Source of the DNA: Octopus sinensis
Taxonomy: Eukaryota
Direction: 5' to 3'
Assembly: GCF_006345805.1 (NCBI RefSeq)
Contig: NC_043004.1
Coordinates: 94,178,001-94,242,000 of the forward strand
Length of the DNA: 64,000 nucleotides
A program made the position numbers and the translations under genes. This document shows, piece after piece, positions 40,402 through 54,580 of the stretch (position 1 is the first letter of the stretch; every line of letters begins with the position of its first letter). The notes beneath the pieces are model-generated. The model ran no database searches. It was not told where the DNA came from and saw only the letters and a program-made list of their open reading frames with translations.

Positions 40402-40799
40402 ATTTTAAATAGAAAATGTTCTCTAACCGGTAAATCGACTGCTGTAGTTTATTAACTGCAGAGTAGTTTTCAATCTCAGCGCGCCAAAGTGAAGACATTT
40501 GAAAGATACACTGGAATATAAATTGTAGAACTTTATACTTACTGGATTTCGGTTGAACGTTCTGTATCTAGTTCTGGAAATTGTGTTTTGTAAACGACAG
40601 ACTTCAAAAGTAACTAATAGAGACTTTTCTTGAAAACTGACAAAATTTAGCATCGCGGTCCTTGGGTCTAGCCCCCAGGTTGACATAATTACTACATAAG
40701 GGAAAGATGCTCCAGCTTTATCAACAGTGTAAAAGTAAAAGTGGGTAACTGAATTTAGGAGTGGCAGGGAGAGTCTTGAAGACGACCCAAAGTCTAGAT

Positions 40800-41660
40800 G
40801 TCCTGCAGCTGCTACCATCGAGGATAACTTTGATCGTGTTCATCACATGCTGATGGAGGACATGCGATTGACTAGAAATCAAATAGTCAATGCTTTTGGC
40901 ATAAACCGTGGGAGAGTTGAGAATATTTTGCGCAATGAACTTGGCATGACGAAGGTTACTGCTCGGTGGGTGCCACGTCTTCTGACACCTGATCAAAAGC
41001 GTCCAAGGCTGATCACATCACGGGAAAATCTGACATTGTTTCAGGAAGATCCTGCTGGTTTCATTAAATGTTTCCTAACTCAGGATTAGCGTTGGGGTCA
41101 TCATTATGAGCCAGAGACAAAGAGACAATCCATATAGTGGAAACACGCCTCCTCACATGCTCCAAAGAAGGGCAAGGTTATTTCACCCGCTTTGTTTATT
41201 GACTATCTTCAAAAGAGCCACATTATCAATGGAGAGTACTATCCCAGCTTGCTGAGGCAGTTACGATGGGCTATGAAGACCAAACGCCCAGGAAAATTAG
41301 CGAAAGTGGTTTTGTTTCATCAGGACAATGCTCCAGCACAAAAGTTCTTGGTTTCAATGGCTTCTGTGCGTGGCTGTAGCTTTGAGCTTTGAACTGAATG
41401 ATCAGCTTCCCTGTCCCATCTATCATCTGTTATCCAGCATGAAAAAAAAAACACTTTGATGGGAACCAATATCGTAGTGATGATGACGTCATATCTGTTG
41501 ATGGTGATTTTTTTTAACCAACAGGATGAAAGCTTCTTTTCCAATGAGATCCAAGCACTGCAACACCGATGGAATAAGTGTGTAGACCGTTAGAGGCACT
41601 ATGTAGGAAAATAAACGCCATTTGGTCACATTCCACGAGAGATCTTAGTCAGCTTATGGA
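40800..41660 (+). pseudogene. Mariner (DD34D-type) transposase pseudogene
   Basis: ARWVPRLLTPDQKR, HHYEPETKRQS, LFHQDNAPAQK, with in-frame stops and frameshifts. Confidence 0.92.
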
Positions 41661-41813
41661 ACGAGTACAATAATTTGAGACAAAATTTAATACCAAAGAT
41701 TTTATGAAAGCCATCTACTGACAAATGCACTTCTTTTCTTTTTGCCACTGATTTACAAGCGCCATGTTCGTCAGCCCAAATAAAACCAGAAAAATACAGG
41801 TATCACATAGACA

Positions 41814-41886
<73 letters not shown>

Positions 41887-43094
41887 TATATATATGCATA
41901 TATACATACATATATGTACATACCTACATATATATGTATATATACATGATTATATGGGTACAGGACATAAAAAAAACGTTGAATACAATGAGAAACGAAA
42001 ACATAAAAACAAAAACATAGAAACGAACTTTTTTCGAACGACGAAAAAAACAGAGAAACGAGACATGCAACATTCCCCTTCTTCAGTTGTCCCTGTTTCA
42101 TCTACTCCGCGTTCTGAAGGCAAGGACAATACGCGAGTTCGTTGAAACAGTCCTTCCCGCAAAGCAAATTAAATAAAATTTGGGATTTTTTGCGGAGGGT
42201 AAAAGTGGTAACAAGAACAGGACAGTGAGAACAAAACAGTAAAAACAAACGGCGAGGGCTGTTAAGCCAAGACGATAGAAAAATTATTATGAACCCTAGG
42301 AAGACGAGCTTATGAAGGAGACAGTATAAGCACGGTTTGTATTTACGAAGGTAGTGGACAGAAAGATAGATTCTCTTTCGTCACGTGTCAGCGATGAGAG
42401 AGTCGTGGAGGAGGAGTGAGAGAGAGGGAAATATATATGTATGTATACATATATGTATCTTTTACTTATTTTTGTCATTAAACTGCGACCATGCTGGGGT
42501 ACCGCCTTGAGGGTTTAGTTAAACAAATTAAACCTAGTACTTATTTTTGAAGCGTGGCACTTATTCTATCTGTCACTTTTGCGGAACTGCTAAGTTAGGG
42601 AGTTGCAAACTAATCAGCACCGTTTGTTAGGCCGTGGTGAGGGACAAACACACAAACACACACATATATTTACACACGACGGCAGATTTCTTTCAGTTTC
42701 CTTTTTCCAAAAAGACTCACAAGGTCCGAGAAGGTACTGGTCTAGATCTCGTTAATAGCCTTACCAAACCGTTCACGTTAGGGTTAGCTGAGGATACCGG
42801 CAACTTGGACAAATAGAAAAATACCGGCAAATAGAAAGGTGAATATGCGAAATTAATAAGTTGGTGGTGCCTCAGCCTAAAGGATGAAATGTATAAAAAA
42901 ATAAAATGAAAAGTAATAAAATGTGAGAATCATTGTTTGAAGTGAATCTTATTTTAAAATGTTGCGATCTTGTATCTGAATTAGATTTGATAAAATAGTT
43001 AAATCCTAGAGGAAAAGCTTAAGATAAATGCCCTTAATTTGATTAATAGTAATAAGTCGCAGAATAAATGTCCTTAATTTGATCAATAGTAATA

Positions 43095-43606
43095 CCGTAA
43101 ATCCTCAAGTATAATCCGCATTTTTTCCCAAAAATTTAAAGGTCAAAATCCATAGTGCGTACAATATACGAGGTTAAAAATGAAAAATATTTTCTAAGCA
43201 ATGTCCGAGTCTCTATTTACTGTCCGGCAATGTTTAATCAGACGCATTTTGTGATGTCGGGGGCGGAAATACCTTAAGCTAAGTCTGAAAGCAATGAATT
43301 CATAAAAGAATCATCTATAAATTGCAATAAGCAGCATTTATTAAACGTTATTACTGTTATTTCTTTATTTTCTGCAAACAAAATGCACAAAAAAGCTACA
43401 CGTTTGCATTATGTTATATATACAATAATAATAAAGGACGTTACTGTACACAGTTTTACAAATCAAGGACGTTATATAGACCTCCTTGACTCAAGTTAGA
43501 AAAGGGGTGTGTATTATACACAAGGTTTAGGTTTTTCAGAGGTACAGCCCGCTAAAAATCCCCTACGTATTATACTCAAGGGCGGACTATACTCGAGGAT
43601 TTACGG
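43095..43606. mobile_element. pogo/Tc1-type MITE, 512 bp
   Basis: TA|CCGTAAATCCTCAAGTATAATCCGC ... GCGGACTATACTCGAGGATTTACGG|TA. Confidence 0.85.
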
Positions 43607-44927
43607 TAAGTCGCAGAATGTCAAACCAAATCAGTGTTTTGCAGTATGCGAAACCTATAACTGGAAGAGGGCAGCCTTAGTAACGCGAAGCTTATAAATT
43701 CATATATACCATCGTTCATGGCATAAAGCAAATTCTTTAGCAATTTTCTCAATAGAACATTGATAAACTAAAAATGATTGATGTAGGAAAGTTCTCTGTA
43801 AACTTTTGCCTGCTCTAAAGTCGAGAGAAATCACAAATATTATAATAAAGAGTTCTTTCAGCGTCTGTTCTTTTGTTCATATTCTTTAATTTATTGTGAG
43901 AAAATTCTTTACTTCTACAGCTCATCAGCAGCCTTAAGACTTTCTTTCAGCCGCCAATCCATTTAACTATGTGACTCCGTGTTTGTTTGTAAGAAAAATG
44001 CGTCTGAAGACCATCGACAATAAGGTCAGTACACCCCTACCTCTTCTCTTTCTCCCCCCTCTCTCTCTCTCTTTCTGTTTTTATCTTTATATATCTGCCT
44101 CTATCTTTATGTATTCCTCTCTTTGCCCTCTCTCTCTTACTCTCTCTCTTTATCTATTTATATATTTGTCTTTATGTATCTCTCTCTCCCCTCTCTATCC
44201 GCCTCTCTCACTCTCTCTCTTCTAGTTATATTAATAAAAAGATTAGAAACATTGATACTGTATTTAAACGGTTCTCTTTATCTTGTATATTGTAATAAAA
44301 ACATAATTCCGACATTTGCAGTTTTTTTTCCCCTCCTTGGGAAAAAAATTTGTAAGTACGTTAACATTTACTTGCTCGGGGCGCCAGCAAACCTAGAGCC
44401 TGCTCCGTTCCCTCACAACTACCACCAAAATATCCCCTAAAACAAAATAACACTGTTCTCTAATCAAAAGACATCCTGTCTGGTAGTCAAAATAAGAATT
44501 AGCAATATATTCGGTTATCTTTAATCCTCTCACTAACCGTCCAGAGAACCTTAAAAATTACTTTGTTCTTTAGTCGAAAGAAAAGACGTCTCCAAGCCAA
44601 ATTACGGCGAGAATCTATACTCTGATCGTATCTATCACTTTATTCAATAAACTTCCACTGAAAAATAAACTCAAAAATGTGTTCTCTTTGTTTTCTACTC
44701 AAGAGAAATCAATAAGGTGTTCTCTTCAGATACCATCAAGTCTCACACATTTTACTTGTTCGTCGGTTAAGGGGACGGTCACTGCCCTTCAGATCTCCAT
44801 TTTGATAACACCCTTAACCCGTTAAATTTCTGACTTCGTCATTGAGGAAGAAGAAAGAAGGGAGAAAGAACTTTCGACTGCTTAAGTAAATATTTACACA
44901 AAATTCTGCCATGCATTCTTTTTGTTT

Positions 44928-44999
<72 letters not shown>

Positions 45000-45012
45000 C
45001 ACCACCACCACC

Positions 45013-45058
<46 letters not shown>

Positions 45059-45129
45059 ACTACTACTACTACTACTACTATACTACTACTACTACCACCA
45101 CCACCACCACCACACCACCACCACCACCA

Positions 45130-45192
<63 letters not shown>
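44928..45192. repeat. (TAC)n/(CAC)n microsatellite
   Basis: Seen directly. Confidence 0.98.
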
Positions 45193-45193
<1 letters not shown>

Positions 45194-45228
45194 GTTGTTG
45201 TTTTTGTGTATATTTCTGGTAAACTGCT

Positions 45229-45248
45229 GTTGCTATGGTAACCGGAAG
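45229..45248. promoter_or_regulatory. RFX X-box with overlapping ETS site
   Basis: GTTGCTATGGTAAC matches GTTRCYATRGYAAC exactly and is followed by CCGGAAG. Confidence 0.5.
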
Positions 45249-45359
45249 CGAGACAAATCATGGAATGGATTACATCTTTCGCTCTGTGTTTATAGCGACG
45301 AAATGATTTACAATAATACTTTGTAAACTGAGGCGTCGGTTCCAAGGCCACTAAAATCA

Positions 45360-45890
45360 TCGTCGTCGCTGTCATCATAATCCTCATCAACAACAACAAC
45401 AGCAACAACAACATCTACGAAGCGACGGTATCATCAGCACCATCATCATCATCGTCGTCGTTGATATCGTCGTTGTCATCGTCATGGCACCATCACCTTC
45501 AAAACATTCTTTTCTTGCCATACATCCTTTTCAGCATCATCATCATCATCCTCATCCTCATAATCATCATCATCATCATCGTCGTCATCATCCCCACCAC
45601 CACTATCATCGCCGTCATCCACTCCTCATCGTCCTCATCTTTCTCAGCATCATCGCCAACACCTCAGACAACAACATCATCACCATCACCATCACCATCA
45701 TTCTCTTAAACTTCTACTTCTCATTTTCCCTTTTCCCTTCCTCCTCCTCCTCCGCTTCTGCCTCCTCTTCTTCATCAACAATATCATCATCAATTTTAAC
45801 ATTACCAGCACAAACTCAGTCACTACGCATATGTAAATAACACAGCTTTCTTTTCCTCATCACTTTGTCCTTATCCTTCATCAGCATCCC

Positions 45891-45974
<84 letters not shown>

Positions 45975-47280
45975 AGCCATCAGCAGCAACAGCATCGCGG
46001 GCGTTAACATAATTCTGGTCGCTTCTCCTGTTTAGAAATACAACCAGGTTTCCCTTAATCCACACACTATCGTATGAATAGGAGCAAGGATAGGAGGAGG
46101 AGTTAAGGGGAGGAAGGGGAGGAAGAAGAAATGGAGGTAGAAGGGGAGGAGGAAGAGAAGGAAGAAGAAGGAAGAAGAGGAGGGGAGGTGGAAGAAGCGG
46201 AGGAGGTGGAAGGGGAGGAAGAAGGAAGAGGGAGGAAGGAGAGGTAGAAGGGAGGAGGGGGAACGGGTGGTGGTGGTGGTGGTAGAGGGGAATGGTAGGA
46301 GGAGGTGGAGGAAGCTGAGGAGGAAGAGGAGGCAGAAGAGGATGGGGAAGGGGTGGTGGTTGAGGAGGAGAATGGTAGGAGAAGGAGAAGGAGGAGGAGG
46401 AGGAAGCTGAGGAGGAAGAGGAGGAAGAAGAGGATGGGGAAGGGGTGGTGGTTGAGGAGGAGAATGGTAGGAGAAGGAGAAGGAGGAGGAGGAGGAAGCT
46501 GAGGAGCAAGAGGAGGAAGAAGAGGAGGGGAAGGAGAGGTAGAAAGGAGGAGGGGAAGGAGAAGTAGAAAGGAGGAGGGGGAGGGTGGTGGTGGAGGAGG
46601 GGAATGGGAGGAGGAGGAAGCTGAGGAGGAAGAGGAGGAAGAAAGAAGAAGAGGAGAAGGAGAAGAAGAAGGGAGGAGGAGGAGGAGGAGGTGCTGGTGG
46701 AAGAAGAAGAAGAAGAAGAAAAGAATATGGGGAGAAAGATGGGAGGAGGAGGAGGAAGAAGGGAAGGAAGAGGTAAAGAAGGGAAGAAGGAAGAGAAGGA
46801 GGGGGAAAAGAAGAGAATGACCGTCTATAGCTTGAATGATTACTCGACCAGAGTTAATCATCGCCTTCGCCATTATCCCTGCCGCCACCATAACCACCAT
46901 AACCAGCATCGTCAGAATCAAAATCACGATGACGCCGTTTACATCATCATCACTACCACCACCACCACTACAACCTCCATGATTGCCATCGCCATCGCCA
47001 CCATTACCCTCTCTATCACCACGGCTACCACAACTGCAGACACGACCATCACTACTACTACTTCCGCCGATGAACAGACAGCATTACTATCACCAAAACC
47101 ACAACGTCACAATCACCATCATGCGGTCCCCAAAACAGACATAACACTCAACACCACCACCACCACCATTACCACAGACGATTTTTCACCTCTGGCACCA
47201 AAACTACCGATACAAACACAATTACCATTAACAGTAATACCACCGCCACCGCCACCACCACCACCACCACAACAACAACA
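45360..47280. repeat. (CAT)n, (GGA)n and (CAC)n low-complexity tract with small unique islands
   Basis: Seen directly. Confidence 0.95.
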
Positions 47281-47431
47281 ATACCACTACTTAGAGAATA
47301 TTTTCTGAAGTCTTGGTTCCAGCAATCTCATCCCTTAAAATCTCCTCGAGTGAGTCGATGTACTGTGGTGTCAGATTTAATGATGGATGAAAATCACTTC
47401 CTCTCTCAACGTCTTTCTCTCTGTGTACGTA

Positions 47432-47648
47432 CGAAGGAGTGCTTAAAATTTCCTGGCTTTGGGTAAAAGAAAATACAGGAGGATCAGTTAATTATGATTT
47501 TACTTAGCACATTCTCCTCCCAGGTTCACATACCTATTGCAACAGGCCTTCAATTTTTCTAAGCCTTATAAAAGAACTCGGTAGGCTAGGCTTCCAACCA
47601 GGCCTTTCACGGTACCCTTAAAACCAGGCATGTATCAGCACTCCCGCG
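47432..47648. mobile_element. Mariner-type MITE with TA TSD
   Basis: TA|CGAAGGAGTGCTTAAAATTTCCTGG ... CCAGGCATGTATCAGCACTCCCGCG|TA. Confidence 0.8.
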
Positions 47649-47652
47649 TACA

Positions 47653-48076
47653 TACTCTTTACTCTTTTACTCTTTTACTTGTTTCAGTCATTTGACTGCG
47701 GCCATGCTGGAGCACCGACTTTAGTCGAGCAAATCGACCCCGGGACTTATTCTTTGTAAGCCCAGTACTTATTCTATCGGTCTCTTTTGCCGAACCGCTA
47801 AGTGACGGGGACGTAAACACACCAGCATCGGTTGTCAAGCAATGCTAGGGGGACAAACACAGACAAACAAACATATACACACACACTTATATATATATAT
47901 ATATACATATATACGACAGGCTTCTTTCAGTTTCCGCCTACCAAATCCACTCACAAGGCATTGGTCGACCCAGGGCTATAGCAGAAGACACTTGCCCAAG
48001 ATGCCACGCAGTGGGACTGAACCCGGAACCATGTGGTTGGTTAGCAAGCTACTAACCACACTGCCACTCCTGCGCC
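47653..48076 (-). mobile_element. SINE family 2, full length
   Basis: Same motifs as the other copies. Confidence 0.92.
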
Positions 48077-48556
48077 TATGTGTGGACATGTGTGCATCTG
48101 TAGCATTTATTCTCCCGAGTGTATGCAATTTAGATACATTCGAAGTCTCACGCATTTATTTCGATTGATGAACTCCTGGTTACTCCACTACGAAGTCAAG
48201 CAGTTTCTAGTAACACGAAAGCCTTCTGATAATTTGCATACACTCATACATACCTACATGCATATAAACTTCCGTAGTAGACATACGAACATGACAAATA
48301 TAACTATAACTGAATTTAACCGTAGCTTGAAATGAAATGAACAGCCTCAACTGATTTTCGAACATTATTGGGATCTCATTAGACTTTTCTAAATAACTTG
48401 ACCATACCACAATAAATCCAGTAGCTTCACAGGACTGGTGCTACGAATTTGCATACTATAAGTATTAAACATATATATATATACATACACATGCATACAT
48501 ACATATACAGAGAGAAAACATATATATGTGTGTGTGCATGTGTGTGTTATGAATAT

Positions 48557-49221
48557 GTTAGTTAGTTAGTTAGTTAGTTAGTTAATTTGGCTCAAAAGCA
48601 AATAGCAAGGCCATGTAGGGGGACATGGAGTTAAGTACAGGGTGGTGTTCATGTAAAGAGTTCAGGCCATTTGAGGTCAAGGGAGACTTTGAACCGAGCG
48701 GTCGTCGGCATCTTCACCATCTCGTCTGGCAGCTTGTTCCACGGATCCGCAACCCGGACGGAGAAAGCTCCTCTCCTTCGATTGAGATGAAATCGTCGCA
48801 GGTAGAGCTTTTCGGAATGACCCCGCAGCCGACGCTCTGGAGCAGGAGTGAAGAACAGCTCTTTCGAGAGGTTACACTTTCCGCTTATGATGTTGTGGGC
48901 GAGATTGAGATCACCACGGCGGCGGCGCGTTTTTCAAGAGAATAAAGGTCGAGCGTCCTCAGCCTTTCTTCGTAGGACAAATTTTTGAGACCATGAACCA
49001 TGCGGGTAGCCAGCTTCTGGACTCTTTCGAGATGCTGTATGTCTTTGAGGAGATAAGGAGAAGAGGCTTGAATCCCGTACTCCAATATGGGTCTCACCAG
49101 CGTGACATAGAGTGGTAGGAATATGGCTGCTGTGAGCATTCCGAATGACCGTCGAATCAAGAACAGAATTCCGCGTGCTTTGTTGGCAGCATGGACGCAC
49201 TGGGCCGAAGGCGAAAAGGAG
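48557..49221 (-). mobile_element. 5'-truncated CR1/L2/Jockey-group LINE (RT C-terminus, 3' UTR, (AACT)n tail)
   Basis: LYVTLVRPILEYG...LERVQKLATRMV.GL..LSYEERL..LDLYSLEKR[fs]RRGDL...RGHSEKL...FSVRVADPWNKLP. Stop at 48649-48651. Possible TSD GAATAT (48551 and 49222). Confidence 0.92.
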
Positions 49222-49231
49222 GAATATATAC

Positions 49232-49277
<46 letters not shown>

Positions 49278-49639
49278 TATACATATATATATATATATAT
49301 AAGTATATATATATAGAGCGACAGACAGAGAGACAGAGAGACAGAGAGATAGACAATATATTTTAATTATTTCTATGTATATATATATATATATATATAT
49401 ACATACATACATACACGCACACGCATATCTACATACATACGTCTGCGTCTGTGTCTGCGTGTGTGTGCGTGTCTGTGTGTCTGTACGTGCGTGCGTGTGT
49501 GTGAGTGTGTGTTTGCTTGTGTGTGTAAAGCGCGTAGCTTTACGTCACAGAATATATATGTGTATATACAAATATATACATATATACCTTCAAATTTTAA
49601 ACCTTTCCTGTCTGCCATTTGCATTGATTAGCGAAAAAG

Positions 49640-50299
49640 ATGGTGTCTAAAATAACAAAAGTGGTCAGTAACTCAATGAAATAACGTCATCTTCTCCGAA
49701 AAATCATCACCTACCCTTTTCTACATTTTGAGCCAAGTTTATGTCTAGAGACAAACCAAAGAAGATTTCAACTATGGCTGTGTGTCTCCTACCATGAAGC
49801 ATTGGGGTGGTTTTGTTGTGATGATTGAGACAGCCATATTACGAAAATCTCTTAGCCGTTTAGTAGTTCTACACGGTAGTGTTGACATCAAGAGATATCT
49901 TAGTATTTTGGCTGGTCGTGTCTATTTCTATGATACAAACATTGTTCTTTAATGGTATCGCTATCTTCCAAGACGATGATGCACCGATTCATATAGCTAA
50001 TGTTCGCACCAATTCAAAATTGGTACGAAGATCAGAATGCCACTTGGATTCTATCTCTCCTCATCACTGTATCTTAATGTAAGGAACCACTTCCCTGTGC
50101 TATCGTTCCTGAAAGAGTTAAAGCATGTTTTACTTGAAGAATTACTCAAAATTCCTTTGACGACTGTTCAAAACTTCTACGAGTCAATTTCTCGACGTAT
50201 CTAAACTAACGGATGTCAAAGGTTGTTGGGGGTCAATTCTGTATTGAATAATAACACTTCCATTTAGCAAGATGCTTCCATTCTTTTGACCAACCCTTG
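49640..50299 (+). pseudogene. Tc1-like transposase relic with right TIR
   Basis: PTMKH.GG.VVM, VVLHGSVDIKRYLSIL, FQDDDAPIH. Ends TTCCATTCTTTTGACCAACCCTTG|TA. Confidence 0.75.
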
Positions 50300-50443
50300 T
50301 AGATATAAATACGTTCCTACATACTTATACACACACATATATTCATATACACGTATACATACATTCATACATACATTCATTCATACATACATGCATAAAT
50401 ACATACATACATATATATACATAAGCATGTGTATATATATATA

Positions 50444-50483
<40 letters not shown>

Positions 50484-50490
50484 ATATATA

Positions 50491-50527
<37 letters not shown>

Positions 50528-50848
50528 GTATTCATATGTATATATGTGAATATATGTGAATGTATATGTGATTTTGCGTGTGTACCCGCAGTATTTTTAA
50601 GCTGTTATATTCCATAATGGTTAAACTCTTTCTTTTCCTTTTAGAAGTATTCTTCATCAATCATTTATAATATTTCAACTCTCAGAAATGGCCATCGGAC
50701 AGATTTTAGTCTCCATATCAATAATTTCCTATAACCGTTTTTATACACACACATACAGATGTTCACGTGCACTTACATGCAAGCACATACATTAGCAATT
50801 GTGTGTGGGAGGGGGCGTGTGTGTGTATGTGTGTGGGTGTATGTCTGA

Positions 50849-50887
<39 letters not shown>

Positions 50888-50908
50888 TATATGTGTGTTT
50901 ATATATAT

Positions 50909-50992
<84 letters not shown>

Positions 50993-51389
50993 TCATCATA
51001 AATATTACACGTGTATATATATACATATGTGTATGCATGTATATTTATTTATGTAATATATATATGCACCTTTCTGCTTTGGTAGTTTCTAGATTGTTGT
51101 CAAACTTCTAATGGCTCACAAACTTTTAAAGCGAAATGGAAGCATTTCAAAAGTAAAAATAAATAAAACTCTATTATCGTATGTCTATGTTTGCAAATAA
51201 GAAAACTGATAAATGATATACAAAAATAAAGTATAGAAATACTCGCAATATAATATATGTATAGATAAAAGGTAAAATCTATTCCAGTATTTTTTTTATT
51301 CTGTTTAAAATGTTTTGAACTAAGTATAAGAATTTTTGGACTCAAATCTTGATCTTATGTAATATATATTTTGTCTTTTACATATTTCA

Positions 51390-52135
<746 letters not shown>

Positions 52136-52429
52136 ATATTATATGCGGAGCAATAGTTCTGCATTTAGAACGTTTAAGGTTTTTAGAAAAATTTCACATC
52201 TGCCTGCTGTCAAGTTACACTTTTCGGATACAAAGCTGTAGCTTTATGGGTCTCAATTGTTGGTTCTTTGTTCATTTTCTTCCATTGTTAGCTTACACAA
52301 TATGAAGGAACGATGGAAAAACCAAAATTGCCACCCAATCTCTTTTAACTTGTATCCTAATATCTTGAAAATGAGTAAATATCTCAAATAAATTAATCTT
52401 GAATGAAATTTCAGTTTCAAATTTCGGCA

Positions 52430-52625
52430 CAAGGCCAGTAATTTCGAGGGAGAGGTAAGTCTATTACATAGAACCCAGTGCTCAACTGGTACTTATTTTA
52501 TCGACCCGGAGAGGATGAAAGGCAAAGTCGACCTCAGCGGCATTTCAACTCAGAACGCAAGGACGGACGAAATGCTGCCAAGCCTTTTGCTCGGCGTGCA
52601 AACGATTCAGGTAGATCACCGCCTT
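52430..52625 (-). mobile_element. SINE family 1 copy
   Basis: ATCGACCCGGAGAGGATGAAAGGCAAAGTCGACCTC. Confidence 0.85.
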
Positions 52626-52634
52626 TCTCTTGAA

Positions 52635-52800
52635 TGTAACATATTCTCTTCTATTGGTGGTTTTTCCCGAATGAGATATTTGCGAAGTGTTGTATTACTC
52701 TTGAATACTGTCCTGATGTCATGTGAACTGCATATCGTTTGTATCTTTTCGGAGAGACCTTTTACATATGGTAGACAGACTGTGAACAGTTTATTAGCCT
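52635..52800 (-). pseudogene. Penelope-like element ORF fragment (RT to GIY-YIG linker)
   Basis: VCLPYV[fs]KGLSEKIQTICSSHDIRTVFKSNTTLRKYLIREKPP fits the PLE linker pattern PY.KG.SE.I.R....I...FK...TLR..L. Confidence 0.75.
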
Positions 52801-52966
52801 CATCCTCTCTCCATAATTGGAGAGACGTATGTATATGTTCAAGTATATATGTATATGACGAATGATCTATTTACTTGGACCTATTGTTTAATTGTGTTTA
52901 ACAAGTTTGACAACAATCTCGAAACTACCAAAGCAGAAAGGTGCATATATATACACACATGTGAAA

Positions 52967-53012
<46 letters not shown>

Positions 53013-53654
53013 ATATATATATATATATTCTGCTTATGTATGTGTACATGTGTATGTGTAAGTATATAGGGATATTTGCTCATATCTTTATATATATTAA
53101 ATTGTACGTGTATGCTGTTTCATGTATTAATATTTTTAAAGTTCTTTATAATCTCTGACAAGACCTATGGTTATATATAAGTACCCTATTTTTAAATGCC
53201 TACAACCTCAATATAATTGACAAATATAGGCACTGAGAAAAAAAAAACTACTTTTATCCATAGGCTGAAACAGCTGTAAGGAGGGATTTTAATGATTTCA
53301 ATAATTTATATTATGATTTTTATAATTGTATTCTTATCTTATATGTATTGAATTGTAATGTATATATGTATGCTATTAAGGTTCTCATTTTTGTTAAATG
53401 AATAAATAAGTCAACATTCCAATATCTGAAAGCTGATGAACCAACTAAATTGTTTCTTCATTTTCTTATTTGTATTATAAATTAATGGTAAAATATTTCT
53501 TAACCTTCACCCGTTTAATACAGTAAATAAGTTAATTGCATTGCAATTAAAAACATTTGTGTATTAAGAATTCGGGTATTATACCAACAGTATATTGGAT
53601 AAATATTATCCCTTAGTGGGTGGGTTGGATCCATAACCCCTAACTTACTTGGTG

Positions 53655-53691
<37 letters not shown>

Positions 53692-53727
53692 AACACATGT
53701 ATGTATTATTATATATATATATATAGG

Positions 53728-53761
<34 letters not shown>

Positions 53762-54509
53762 TGTATGTATGTATGTATGTATGCATGCACGTATGAATAT
53801 ATATAATTGTAGTAAATATAACTATTTATCCTTGATATTTTTTCTATAATTAATAAAGCTGTTTGAACAGTCAGGTTTGACAAGCGATCACACAATTATT
53901 AAAATAAACGCCTCAATAAAACTAACACTATATAAACTAAATTTGAATAATATTTGATTTGGTATGTAAACAAGCAAAGAAAGAAATGAAGAATAAAACA
54001 TTTCAATAAAACGTTGAAGTGATGTTTGTGTTAAAATTTAATAAAGTCAATTTATATGTCAGCCGTATTGCAATACAATGTTTGAGATAGATTTATAATA
54101 TATATTAAAAATTTTAAACTTATGTTGACACAGTTCCTCCCAGTTGAATAGCATAATACACAGCGAATACCATTACAGATAAGAAAATATTTCATTACAA
54201 AATGCGGGAAAAAGAATTACACATGTAGGAAGATACATACACAGGCACACACGTACACATGTATCCACACACACACGCATATCAATATATATATATATAT
54301 ATACACACACATAGAAAATTAATATAGACAGCAGTGTGCAATGCTTTACCAGAAAGGAAAACTATAATTGTCACAAAATATGGCTAGGGCGTTAGTGGCA
54401 CCTACATTGTTAGAAATAAGAGCTAAAATGCTCTAATGCTGTAATCAAAGCACATAATTGTATACATATATGCTGACAGGGAGGGACAAGAATCGCCCGA
54501 AAACACCGA

Positions 54510-54580
54510 TCGAGAATTCCCTATACTAAGTTGTTAGTTTCGGCAACTTCCTTTACCTCATCAGTAAGGGCTGACTCGAC
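54510..54580 (-). ncRNA. Type-I hammerhead ribozyme, full canonical core
   Basis: GUCGAG-UCAG-CCCUUA-CUGAUGA-GGUAA-AGGAAG-UUGCC-GAAA-CUAA-CAAC-UUAG-UA-UAGGG-AAUU-CUCGAU. All three helices pair. Predicted cleavage after GUA (54524/54523). Confidence 0.85.
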
